Both the position numbers and the translations under genes were made by a program. DNA of 64,000 bases from an uncultured Chroococcidiopsis sp. (lineage in GTDB: Bacteria; Cyanobacteriota; Cyanobacteriia; Cyanobacteriales; Chroococcidiopsidaceae). Positions within the stretch are counted from its first letter, which is position 1. The number at the start of each line of letters is the position of its first letter. The notes under the pieces are model-generated. The model saw only the letters and a program-made list of their open reading frames with translations, was not told the DNA's origin and searched no databases. Positions 51,916 through 61,614 of the stretch are shown in pieces. The DNA lies in contig CAXTYC010000001.1 of NCBI GenBank assembly GCA_964248365.1, forward strand, positions 288,001 to 352,000, written 5' to 3'.

Positions 51916-51984
51916 GAAGGATTATGTGGTGAGGAATTGAATTATGTGGTGGGCATGGGTGGACGATTATCTGGTGGATATTGC

Positions 51985-52794
51985 CTACCCTACCAGGTTT
52001 TGAATTTGGGTTGGGGTTAATTCTTCGACATTACTGAAAATAGTAACTGCTCCTGCTGCTTTGAGGGTATCAGCATAAGCATTACGGCGCTCTGGTGTTG
52101 TTAGGACATGGGGTGGTAAAATTCCTACACCAATCCAAAGGCGATCGCTCGCGATCGCTCTTGCCTTTGCTACTGTATACATATCAGCTACCGTATCCCC
52201 TAGGTAAATGACTGGGGCTGCTTGGTTTAACTGATGCTGCTGTTCTAGCTGTTGTACTGTTGCTAATAGTCCTGTAGGATCGGGTTTACCTGGTGCATCT
52301 TCCATAGCAATTAACACTGGTGCATTTAAACCAAGGCGTTTTTCTAAAACGTAGGTAGCTGAGGCGCGAGTCGCCCCGCTAAAAAAGCCCCACAATATCC
52401 CTGCTGCACTAAGCTGTTCTAAATAGCTCAGGTTTAGTAGTAAGGGTTCCCCGCAGATATAACCTGTAAAATGATCAGGATCTGTCCCGCGATAACGAGA
52501 TTGAAAAAAAGCGACTATTGTGTCGTAGTTTAGCTCAAGAGCGGATCTTGATTGTCCCTGCGCTTCAAAGTAGCGATAAATTAATTCTTGGGATGCTTCC
52601 CAATCGTTGTTCCAGATGCCTTCTGACTTGAGGAAGTCAATATCTGTTTGTGTGGGACGGTAAGCTTTTGCCGTAAAATGCTCTACTGTGTCTGCGATCG
52701 CTCGTCGATAAGATCCCCCGACATCGCGGACTACACCGTCAATATCAAAAACTGCGATCGCTTTGACTCTTGGTTGTTTAAGTTGTTCAGTCAA
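51985..52794 (-). CDS. TIGR01548-type HAD hydrolase
   Basis: FDIDGVVRD, WNNDW, KPDP, GDTVAD. Confidence 0.88.
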   Translation of the reverse strand: MTEQLKQPRVKAIAVFDIDGVVRDVGGSYRRAIADTVEHFTAKAYRPTQTDIDFLKSEGIWNNDWEASQELIYRYFEAQGQSRSALELNYDTIVAFFQSRYRGTDPDHFTGYICGEPLLLNLSYLEQLSAAGILWGFFSGATRASATYVLEKRLGLNAPVLIAMEDAPGKPDPTGLLATVQQLEQQHQLNQAAPVIYLGDTVADMYTVAKARAIASDRLWIGVGILPPHVLTTPERRNAYADTLKAAGAVTIFSNVEELTPTQIQNLVG

Positions 52795-52910
52795 GTCGTC
52801 TTTATCTCCAAAATGAGCGTTGCAATGTTTATTTACCCAGCCATTAAGGGTATAATAATTGTTTGCACACTTTTTTTAATTTTGCTTGGTGTAAACGAGC
52901 GGAGGTGGGA

Positions 52911-53210
52911 TTGTCAAAGTTTATTTTAAAGGTTCTTTGGTTAGATGAGAACGTTGCCCTTGCAGTTGATCAAGTGGTAGGCAAAGGGACAAGTCCATTA
53001 ACTAAATACTTTTTTTGGCCTCGTAATGATGCTTGGGAAGAGCTAAAGAACGAGCTAGAGGCTAAAAACTGGATCACTGAACAAGATCGGGTTGAGTTGC
53101 TCAATAAAGCCACTGAAGTGATCAACTACTGGCAAGAGGAAGGCAGACGTAGACCACTAGGTGAAGCTCAGTCGAAGTTTCCAGAAGTTGCCTTTATCGG
53201 CAGCGCCTAA
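52911..53210 (+). CDS. ycf65: 30S ribosomal protein PSRP-3 / Ycf65
   Basis: FILKVLWL...[23 protein letters not shown] before TTG at 52911. Confidence 0.92.
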   Translation: MSKFILKVLWLDENVALAVDQVVGKGTSPLTKYFFWPRNDAWEELKNELEAKNWITEQDRVELLNKATEVINYWQEEGRRRPLGEAQSKFPEVAFIGSA

Positions 53211-53311
53211 AGTCAAACCTCGTCGCCTGCTGGTTAGACAATTTACCAGATTTTAATGCTTTTATCATTGCTTGCAGCCAGGCGCTGCGCTGCTGCGGAC
53301 ACACGAGTGCC

Positions 53312-53359
53312 AAAACCGCCCACCGATATGCCCTGAAAAGGTGTATTGAGGGCGGTTTT
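53312..53359 (+). terminator. Long stem-loop with T-tract downstream of ycf65
   Basis: AAAACCGCCC...GGGCGGTTTT. Confidence 0.5.
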
Positions 53360-53665
53360 CAATTTTTCCATTCTGGGATAATACTTTTAAAAGTTAATAA
53401 AACTCGCTGTCATGTGGGAGTATTCTTGGTTGTAGCAAGCCCAAATAATTACCTGCCTACCCTGCTTGCTAGCAAAATTACTAGGGCAAGGACGCATCTG
53501 TGATGAAGGTGGGTGAGTGACATGATTAACTCAAGTTTATGCCCCTCGCTTGGCTAATTTATTCCTACAAGCACAAATGCCATGTTGCTAGATTAGTCCA
53601 GTAGATAAAATTTAAGGATGAGTAAATATACTGATAAGCAAATTCAAAGTTGAGTAAATCTAATA

Positions 53666-54979
53666 ATGAAAGCGATCGCCAGCCAACTAGCAACCATTGT
53701 CGGCACACAAGGAGTTTGTGAATGGGATAATATAGATGCGACGCGCACCCAGCAGATCCGACGAGCGATCGCTACTACCACTACTCCTAGTTGCATAGTT
53801 TATCCCAAAAGTCAAGCAGAATTAGCAGCAGTTATCGCCCAGGCTGATAGTAACAACTGGCGCATTTTAGCTTTTGGTAGCGGCAGTAAAATTAGTTGGG
53901 GGGGACTAGCAAAAGATGTTCAGGTGCTTGTTAGTACAGAACGGTTAAATCAAATAATTCAACACGCTGTAGGTGATTTGACAATCACAGTAGAAGCAGG
54001 AACCGTCTTTGCTGATATTCAGACTACTTTAGCTCGTGCAGGACAATTTCTGGCTCTCGATCCAACTGCCCCAGAATTAGCCACAATAGGAGGTATCGTT
54101 GCTACAGCTGATACTAACTCTTTGCGGCAACGCTATAACAGTGTGCGCGATCAGTTGCTGGGAATTTCCTTTGTGAGGGCAGATGGAGAAATTGCCAAAG
54201 CTGGGGGACGAGTGGTGAAAAATGTTGCAGGTTATGACTTGATGAAGTTGTTTACTGGTTCCTATGGCAGTTTGGGGATAATAACTCAAGTGACGTTTCG
54301 AGTTTATCCAATGCCGGAAGCGTCTGGGACTGTGGTTGTGACTGGAACGGGGGAGGCGATCGCCAAAGCTACATCTATCCTGCGTAGTTCGGCTTTGACA
54401 CCCACCAAAGCTGATTTACTCTCAACTGGGCTAGTAGCTAATCTAGGTATAGGTAAAGGACTAGGATTAGTGACTCGCTTTGGTAGTCTGAGCGAAAGTG
54501 TAAAGGAACAGTCTACTCGGCTGGTAGAAGTTGGGCAACTCCTCGGTTTACAGACAGCTATCTACTCAGATGAGGATGAAACCCAATTATGGCAACAATT
54601 GTCAACACAAATCCAGAATTCTCAACCAAATCAATCAATTACTTGCAAAATAGGAGTATTACCCTCAACGGCTGTAGCTACGCTAAATCAGCTAGATCAA
54701 ATTGCGCCCCAACAGGGAATAGGTTTGATTCATGCTGGTAGTGGATTGGGGTTATTGCGGTTCGACCCAAATGTCAAAACTCATACCGTTTTGCAGATGA
54801 GAACATTTTGCCAAACTCAAGGAGGTTTTTTGACAATCTTGGATGCGCCAGTCGCGTTCAAGCAACAGTTGGATGTCTGGGGTTACAGGGGTAATGCATT
54901 GGAATTAATGCGTCGAATTAAGCAGCAGTTTGATCCGAAGAATATTTTGAGTCCTTATCGGTTTGTGGGAGGGATTTAG
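53666..54979 (+). CDS. glcE: Glycolate oxidase FAD-binding subunit
   Basis: GGRVVKNVAGYDLMKLF, FDP C-terminus; directly upstream of glcF. Confidence 0.85.
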   Translation: MKAIASQLATIVGTQGVCEWDNIDATRTQQIRRAIATTTTPSCIVYPKSQAELAAVIAQADSNNWRILAFGSGSKISWGGLAKDVQVLVSTERLNQIIQHAVGDLTITVEAGTVFADIQTTLARAGQFLALDPTAPELATIGGIVATADTNSLRQRYNSVRDQLLGISFVRADGEIAKAGGRVVKNVAGYDLMKLFTGSYGSLGIITQVTFRVYPMPEASGTVVVTGTGEAIAKATSILRSSALTPTKADLLSTGLVANLGIGKGLGLVTRFGSLSESVKEQSTRLVEVGQLLGLQTAIYSDEDETQLWQQLSTQIQNSQPNQSITCKIGVLPSTAVATLNQLDQIAPQQGIGLIHAGSGLGLLRFDPNVKTHTVLQMRTFCQTQGGFLTILDAPVAFKQQLDVWGYRGNALELMRRIKQQFDPKNILSPYRFVGGI

Positions 54980-55116
54980 TGGAGGGGCTAGGGGAGCTGT
55001 GTGCGTTGCCGCTGTTCCCTGCGTTGAGCGCAACTGGCGTGCTAGGGGCTAGGGGCTAGAGGAACCAAGGGCTAGTCAAACTTTCATCTGTGGTTAAAAA
55101 CAAATTTAAATAACTC

Positions 55117-56487
55117 ATGCAAACTTCAGAATCTCCTTTAAATAATTTATCGGGTGAAAAAGTAGCTACTATCAAGGATTTAAATGGGTTTGATGAGCAT
55201 CATCCTCCCGATCCAAAATTGATTGATAGCTGCGTTCACTGTGGGTTTTGTTTGTCTACTTGTCCGAGTTATCGGGTGATGGGCAAGGAGATGGATTCTC
55301 CAAGGGGTCGCATTTATTTGATGGATGCGATTAATGAGGGTGAGATTGCTTTGAATACTGCCACTGTGCAGCATTTTGATTCGTGTTTGGGATGTTTAGC
55401 TTGTGTTACTACTTGTCCTTCTGGTGTGCAGTATGACAAGTTGATTTCTGCTACTCGTCCGCAGGTTGAGCGGAATTACCCGCGTGGTTTGTTAGATAGG
55501 CTTTATCGCCAAGTTATTTTTTCCTTTTTTCCCTATCCCAATCGGGTACGGTGGTTGCTAGTTCCTTTACTGGTGTATCAGACGCTGGGTTTGCAGAAGC
55601 TTGTCCGTGCTACCAAACTACTGAAGATATTTTCTCCCCGCTTGGCTGCAATGGAATCGATTCTGCCGAAAATTACGCTCGGTTCTTTCAAAGATAGCCT
55701 TCCTACTGTGATTGGGGCAAAAGGTGAGAAGCGCTATCGGGTGGGGATGATTTTGGGTTGTGTGCAACGGTTGTTTTTCTCCCCAGTAAATGAGGCTACG
55801 GTTAGGGTTTTAACTGGTAATGGTTGTGAGGTGGTGATTCCGAAAACTCAAGGTTGCTGTGCTGCACTACCCCATCATCAGGGACAAGAAGAACAAGCCA
55901 AGCAACTTGCCCGAAATATGATTGATAGTTTTGCAGCTACTGATGTGGATGTTGTGATTATCAATGCGGCTGGCTGCGGTCATACTTTGAAGGAATATGG
56001 ACATCTATTGCAAGATGATCCGCAATATCGGGAAAAAGCAAAGGAATTCGCGGCTAAGGTGAAGGATGTGCAGGAATTTTTGGCTACGGCTGGGTTAACA
56101 GCCGAACTTTCGCCCTTGGCGGATAAACCGCTAACTCTGGTTTATCAAGATGCTTGTCATTTGTTGCACGGGCAAAAGATTAGTGTGCAGCCGCGTCAAC
56201 TGCTCAAGCAAATACCAGGGGTGCAGCTAAGAGAACCAATCGATGCGGCTTTGTGTTGTGGTAGTGCAGGTGTTTACAATATGCTGCAACCAGATGTTGC
56301 GGATGATTTGGGTAAGCAAAAAGTTGACAATCTGCTCAATACTGGTGCTGATTTAATTACTTCTGCTAATCCAGGTTGCACTTTGCAAATTACTAAACAT
56401 TTGCGCCAGCAGGGTAAGGAAATTTCGATTATGCATCCCATTGAGTTGTTAGATTATTCGATGCGGGGAATGAAGATCGAAATGTAG
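55117..56487 (+). CDS. glcF: Glycolate oxidase Fe-S subunit
   Basis: CVHCGFCLSTCP, CLGCLACVTTCP, two CCG-type domains. Confidence 0.9.
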   Translation: MQTSESPLNNLSGEKVATIKDLNGFDEHHPPDPKLIDSCVHCGFCLSTCPSYRVMGKEMDSPRGRIYLMDAINEGEIALNTATVQHFDSCLGCLACVTTCPSGVQYDKLISATRPQVERNYPRGLLDRLYRQVIFSFFPYPNRVRWLLVPLLVYQTLGLQKLVRATKLLKIFSPRLAAMESILPKITLGSFKDSLPTVIGAKGEKRYRVGMILGCVQRLFFSPVNEATVRVLTGNGCEVVIPKTQGCCAALPHHQGQEEQAKQLARNMIDSFAATDVDVVIINAAGCGHTLKEYGHLLQDDPQYREKAKEFAAKVKDVQEFLATAGLTAELSPLADKPLTLVYQDACHLLHGQKISVQPRQLLKQIPGVQLREPIDAALCCGSAGVYNMLQPDVADDLGKQKVDNLLNTGADLITSANPGCTLQITKHLRQQGKEISIMHPIELLDYSMRGMKIEM

Positions 56488-56527
56488 AGACTTGGATTAA
56501 TTAGGGGGATGCAGAGCATCCGATGCC

Positions 56528-56556
56528 TCGTTCCCAGGCTGAGCCTGGGAACGAGT
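56528..56556. repeat. Palindromic repeat CTCGTTCCCAGGCTGAGCCTGGGAACGAG (family 3)
   Basis: Perfect stem; variants at 2411-2436, 9979-10006, 13420-13438. Confidence 0.7.
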
Positions 56557-56557
56557 T

Positions 56558-57937
56558 CTACCTCGCTTGAGTGGCTAAACTTTTAGCAGTATGAAGCCGT
56601 TTACCTGTAACAACTAAGCGTACATTAGTGGGGGCTGAAACCAAACCTCGACGTACAGGTTTGACTGGGCGATTATCTGCTAGTTCTAATTCCAGGCTGG
56701 AAAGAATTTTTGCAAGTACTACTTTCATTTCAAATAGAGCAAATGCCATGCCAATACAGCGCCGACTACCACCCCCAAAGGGTAGATATTCATAGGGGGA
56801 AAATTGGCGTTCTAAAAAGCGCTCTGGCTTAAACTTTTCCGGCTCTGGGTACACATCTTTCCGCCGATGAGCGAGATAAATACAGCCCATTAGTACTGTA
56901 CCTGGCTCTAACTGGTAGTCCAGCAGTTGCACTGGTGTTTGTACCACGCGAGCAAAGGTAAGCATCCCAACTGGATAAATTCGCAGAGTTTCCGAGCAGA
57001 CAGCATTTAGATAAGGTAGTCGGAAAATGGCGTTATTGTCTGGTTTTTCACCCAGGCTATCGAGTTCCTGCAGCAGCTTGTCGCGCACATCAGGCAGCTT
57101 GTGAATCCAGTACAACGCCCATGTTATAGCAGTCGCCGTAGTTTCATGACCAGCAAACAGCATTGTCATCAACTCATCACGTAATTCGTTGTCTGTCATT
57201 GGCGAACCTGCTTCATCACGCGCAGACATAAGCAATGCCAAGATGTCTGTACGGTTGGGATCGGGTTGCTCTCGGCGTTCTTGAATTTCTGTATAGATGA
57301 GAGAATCGATTTGCTGTTTTTGGCGTAAAAAGCGTCCCCAAGGGCTCCTCGCGCCTAAATCCTTTTGTAGAATTGGAAAAAACAGCATACTGGCACTTAA
57401 GGGGGAACTCGTGACATCGATCATAGAACAGAGGAGTTCCTCTATCTTTTGGTAGCGCGAGCCTTCACTTAGCCCAAATACGGCACGTAAGATCACTCGC
57501 AGGGAGATCGCTTGCATTGACGGACGGACGGGAAAGGGTTCGCCAATTTTCCATTGGCTAATTACTTGCTCGGTAATGTCGCTAATGATTTGACCATAGG
57601 CTCGCATCCTTTCGCCATGAAAGGGAGGCATTAGCAACTGACGCTCACGCCGATGGTGTGAGCCACTGAGCATGATTACTCCAGAATCTCCCAGCAAAGG
57701 GCGAAAAATCTCGTTCATATCCCCAGGCGCATCAAACTGTTTGCTATCGCCTGTCAACATCTCCTCAATTGCCTGCGGGTTGCTCACGAATACCAAGGGG
57801 CGAAAATTACTACCTATCCGCACTGTGAAGCAGTCGCCATAGCGATCGGCACACTTATGCATGAAGGCAAATGGGTTAGCGATCCATTGCATCATTTGCA
57901 CAAGTGCTGGAGATTGTGGACCTTGAGGTAGTTTCAT
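56558..57937 (-). CDS. Cytochrome P450 (CYP110-like)
   Basis: AGHETT, ETLR, PERF, FGGGSRRCIG heme motif. Confidence 0.95.
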   Translation of the reverse strand: MKLPQGPQSPALVQMMQWIANPFAFMHKCADRYGDCFTVRIGSNFRPLVFVSNPQAIEEMLTGDSKQFDAPGDMNEIFRPLLGDSGVIMLSGSHHRRERQLLMPPFHGERMRAYGQIISDITEQVISQWKIGEPFPVRPSMQAISLRVILRAVFGLSEGSRYQKIEELLCSMIDVTSSPLSASMLFFPILQKDLGARSPWGRFLRQKQQIDSLIYTEIQERREQPDPNRTDILALLMSARDEAGSPMTDNELRDELMTMLFAGHETTATAITWALYWIHKLPDVRDKLLQELDSLGEKPDNNAIFRLPYLNAVCSETLRIYPVGMLTFARVVQTPVQLLDYQLEPGTVLMGCIYLAHRRKDVYPEPEKFKPERFLERQFSPYEYLPFGGGSRRCIGMAFALFEMKVVLAKILSSLELELADNRPVKPVRRGLVSAPTNVRLVVTGKRLHTAKSLATQAR

Positions 57938-58121
57938 AAGCGAATTTAAGAAAGTTTTCTATATATTTACAACAAGCCTAAGCTATCAAATTACGAACTT
58001 AAGCTAGCAAATATACAAATTAATGTGAACTAATTTTAATAAATCTACCGCAGGGTAATTTAGCCTCAAAGCAGAAGGGAGTAATTTATCGGAAGCGCCT
58101 TTAAATAAATTTGCGATCGCT

Positions 58122-59411
58122 ATGAATATAGACATATATATTCTTGACCTATTGGTAATTGGTCTACTCCTTTTGATGGTTACATTAGGCTCAGGTTGGA
58201 TTTCCCGTTTACCGCTTTCTTTTGCGCTGATCTACCTAGTTGTTGGTATTATTCTAGGTCCTTATGGATTTAAGCTGATTCAATTAAAACCAGATGCCAA
58301 TTTTTTAGAGCGAGCAACGGAATTAGTGGTAATTATATCGGTATTTAGCTGCGGTTTGAAAATGAACCGTCCCTTGAAATTATGGGCATGGGGAATTACA
58401 GCGCGGCTGATTGGGTTTTTAATGCCGATTTCGATTGTGGCGATCGCTGCTGTGGGACATTGGTTGTTAGGAATCAGGTGGGGTGCAGCTATTTTACTGG
58501 GAGCAATTCTCGCACCTACCGATCCAGTTTTAGCCTCAGAAGTTCAATTATCCGATATTAATGATGATGATGAGTTGCGCTTTGGTTTAACCTCTGAAGG
58601 TGGTTTAAATGATGCCTTAGCATTTCCCTTTGTTTATTTCGGACTTTATTGGTTAAAAGATCCCAACTGGGAATCCTGGTTTAAAAAATGGGTAGGCGTA
58701 CAATTAATTTGGGAAATTGCAGCTGGTATCATCATGGGAATTGTTGTAGCCAGAGCAATTGTTTGGCTCGACCGCAAAATACAAAAACGTCGTCCTGCTG
58801 ATAATTTAATGGAGGATTTTGTAGCGATAGCTACAATTTTGCTCACCTATTCTCTTACAGAAATTGTCAACGGCTACGGATTTATTGCTGTCTTTGTAGC
58901 AGGAATAGTAGTTGCCAGAGCTTACCACGATCCAGAAAAAAGACTATCTCAATTGGAATTTTTGGAGCGGATTGAAAAGCTGATGGAAGTCGGAACAATT
59001 TTGCTACTCGGTTCAATTTTGAGACTTCAGCCGATGTTAGCCTTTGCTGGTAACTCGCTTATCGTAGCAGGATTGTTGCTTTTTGTGATTCGACCTGTGG
59101 GAGCATGGATCAGTACAATTGGAGCAAATCCCCCCGTAGAAATCCGCCGCCGTATGCATCCAAAAACCCGTTTGCTACTTGGTTGGTTTGGTATTCGCGG
59201 TGTCGGCTCTATATATTATCTATGCTACGCTTTTGGAGAAGGCTTGAAGGATCAACTTGGTGAGCAGATTGCCTGGATTACTTACACAACTATTGTAATT
59301 TCTGTAATTTTGCATGGGGTTACTTCCACCCCATTAATGAAATGGTATGAACGTAGGGTAAAACCCAGTAGTAAAAAGGCTAATTCTGCAACCGTACCTG
59401 AGCAAACTTGA
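58122..59411 (+). CDS. CPA1 cation:proton antiporter (NhaP-like)
   Basis: APTDPV, EGGLND, WFGIRGVGS; many TM helices. Confidence 0.9.
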   Translation: MNIDIYILDLLVIGLLLLMVTLGSGWISRLPLSFALIYLVVGIILGPYGFKLIQLKPDANFLERATELVVIISVFSCGLKMNRPLKLWAWGITARLIGFLMPISIVAIAAVGHWLLGIRWGAAILLGAILAPTDPVLASEVQLSDINDDDELRFGLTSEGGLNDALAFPFVYFGLYWLKDPNWESWFKKWVGVQLIWEIAAGIIMGIVVARAIVWLDRKIQKRRPADNLMEDFVAIATILLTYSLTEIVNGYGFIAVFVAGIVVARAYHDPEKRLSQLEFLERIEKLMEVGTILLLGSILRLQPMLAFAGNSLIVAGLLLFVIRPVGAWISTIGANPPVEIRRRMHPKTRLLLGWFGIRGVGSIYYLCYAFGEGLKDQLGEQIAWITYTTIVISVILHGVTSTPLMKWYERRVKPSSKKANSATVPEQT

Positions 59412-59562
59412 TAAGAGCGCGCATTCGGAATTATTTTAAGAATGCCAATACAAAAAAACAATATGGTGGGCATTGCCCACCCTACGTTAATATCCGAGAT
59501 TGGCAACGAAAATAATTTTTAATTCGTAATTATAATTTAAGTACGAATTACGAATTATTTTG

Positions 59563-59928
59563 TCATTTCTTGGAGAAATTATCTTGGATTTCTGTTAAAC
59601 CTGGCTGGGAATTTTTTCCTTGAGACTTGACTATGGTTTTTGTGTTAGCCTTCTCGTTTGGATCAAACAGCTCGTTTTTGTTTGCCAATTCTTGCTTAGT
59701 TTCTTCTAGCCTACCTGTTGCTTCACTCATTTCATAGGCACGCTCAATCTTTTCCTCTGGAGTTGGCTGCTCATCTCCTGGGATTAGCTTTATTTCTTCA
59801 AATGTTGCGGCATTAACAGGCAAAGAAGTGAAAATAACTAACCCTGATAAACTCAGTAAAGTCATCAGACATAAAGCTAGAATTTTCCTAAAAAATCCTT
59901 GACTTAAGGCTAATAAAATGCTTTGCAT
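59563..59928 (-). CDS. Hypothetical exported/membrane-anchored protein
   Basis: GGAGG SD; N-terminal hydrophobic signal; charged tail. Confidence 0.65.
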   Translation of the reverse strand: MQSILLALSQGFFRKILALCLMTLLSLSGLVIFTSLPVNAATFEEIKLIPGDEQPTPEEKIERAYEMSEATGRLEETKQELANKNELFDPNEKANTKTIVKSQGKNSQPGLTEIQDNFSKK

Positions 59929-60147
59929 GAATCCTCCGTTGTATAATGCGTGAGTAGATATAGCTACAAAACAATTTTTATGCTGAAAGGAATCCTACGG
60001 TTTTAAGTGCATTCGTGCCTTCTGCCAAAGGACACATAGTAATTCGTAATTCGTAAGGAAGTCAGGAGTTGTGGAGTTGTGGAGTTGTGAAGTTGTGAAT
60101 TAATGATTCTCCCACTGTCCCACTCTCCCACTCTCCCAAGCCCCTAG

Positions 60148-61251
60148 TTACAGCCATGCTTGATGAATGTGAATGCCTCGGCTTTGCATAGTTTGTTCAA
60201 ATAAATTGGTGGGTAGTGCTTGTTCGACAGCCCAAACACCAGGCTTTTTGAGTTTGCCATCTAAGATCAGTTGGGCGATGCTACCAGTGCCACAACCAGA
60301 GGCGATCGCTGTATTGTCATGCACTAAAGTTGAACAATAACTTGCACTCTGACCATTTTTAAATCCAGTCACATGGGAACGAATTGCTACCCCAATGCCG
60401 CTAAAAGGATTGGTAACATCGGTCATGAAGTGGCTAACGTGGGATAAAAACTCGATAGTAGCTTTTTGCTGCATCAAGGGTTTGGGAAACCAATGTGCCG
60501 CAATCCAGGTAAGATGATTATAAAAATCGGGAATTGAGCCAAATTTGGTAATTACAGTTTTGACGGGAAAAGCTTCGGGTAGGGTGAAGGCTTCTGGCAT
60601 ATCAAACCAGTAAACATGGGATTTATTATAGGGGGCAGGAAATTGTACCTTTTCGCGATCGCTATAGGGTTTCACTTCCTTCCACTCGCCATCAATCCAA
60701 GCGGTAAACGGTTTTTGTAGTCCTAAAAACGTCGTCCGCATCACCGTTACCCCAGCCCCACCAGAACCAGATACCAGGTAACTCAGGTGGATGCGTTCTG
60801 GCTGATCCAATTGTTCAACTCCTTGACGCACCATGCTGTTAGAAATGCCAGGGAACACGCCAGTATTAACAATTGCTGTCACTCCCGCCGACTCGGCTGC
60901 CGAATGCCAGTTTAGTGCTTTGCGGGTAAAGGATCTGTGATCGCTAACATCCAGATAGTCGGCACCTTGTTCAATGCACATTTGGAGAACACTAGCATCG
61001 CGGTAGTGAAAGGGACCTGCACAGTGAATTACCAGATTAGAAAATGCGATCGCTTTTTTTAATCCTTCTTTATCCGCCAAATCCAATTCTAGAAACTGCA
61101 CTCTTGAACCTAGTTGTTCGCTGATTGCTATCCCAGCAGCCCGATGGCGGCTAGTAATCGTAATTTGTGCCAAGGTGTGGGTAACGAGATCTTGGGCTAC
61201 ACTTCTACCAATCCGCCCCCGACCGCCAAGAATTAATACCTGGTCTGTCAT
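60148..61251 (-). CDS. Saccharopine dehydrogenase-like NAD(P)-binding oxidoreductase
   Basis: LGGRGRIG, HCAGPF, YLDV, GVFPGISN. Confidence 0.88.
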   Translation of the reverse strand: MTDQVLILGGRGRIGRSVAQDLVTHTLAQITITSRHRAAGIAISEQLGSRVQFLELDLADKEGLKKAIAFSNLVIHCAGPFHYRDASVLQMCIEQGADYLDVSDHRSFTRKALNWHSAAESAGVTAIVNTGVFPGISNSMVRQGVEQLDQPERIHLSYLVSGSGGAGVTVMRTTFLGLQKPFTAWIDGEWKEVKPYSDREKVQFPAPYNKSHVYWFDMPEAFTLPEAFPVKTVITKFGSIPDFYNHLTWIAAHWFPKPLMQQKATIEFLSHVSHFMTDVTNPFSGIGVAIRSHVTGFKNGQSASYCSTLVHDNTAIASGCGTGSIAQLILDGKLKKPGVWAVEQALPTNLFEQTMQSRGIHIHQAWL

Positions 61252-61614
61252 TGATTCAGAACTGTGACACCATATCTATTTCAGCAAATTTAACTCCACC
61301 TGTCCCTCGGTTACAAGGATGACTTTGAAAGGATGAAGGTAGAAGGATGAAGGCTGAAATCAAAAATCTAATTCGGATGCAAGCATCTTTAATCGGATAT
61401 TACCTGCCTCTAAAGTATGAAAGGTCGAAGGATAAAGGAAAAAGGGTGAAGGCAAAAAGGTTGAAGGATAAAGGATAAAGGTTGAAGAATAAAGGATGAA
61501 GGATGAAGGGAAAAAAGAAAAGGGAAAAGGGAAAAGGGAAGAGGGAAATAATTAAATATTCTGATCTCCACAACTCCTGACTCCTTCACACTTCATCCTT
61601 CACACTTGGTCACT

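Noticed and set aside
53666..56487. glcEF without adjacent glcD
   Set aside because: glcD is commonly unlinked in cyanobacteria; absence cannot be judged from one window.
59954..59967. NtcA box GTA-N8-TAC upstream of 59563-59928
   Set aside because: A six-base match is expected by chance in 64 kb and there is no properly spaced -10 element.
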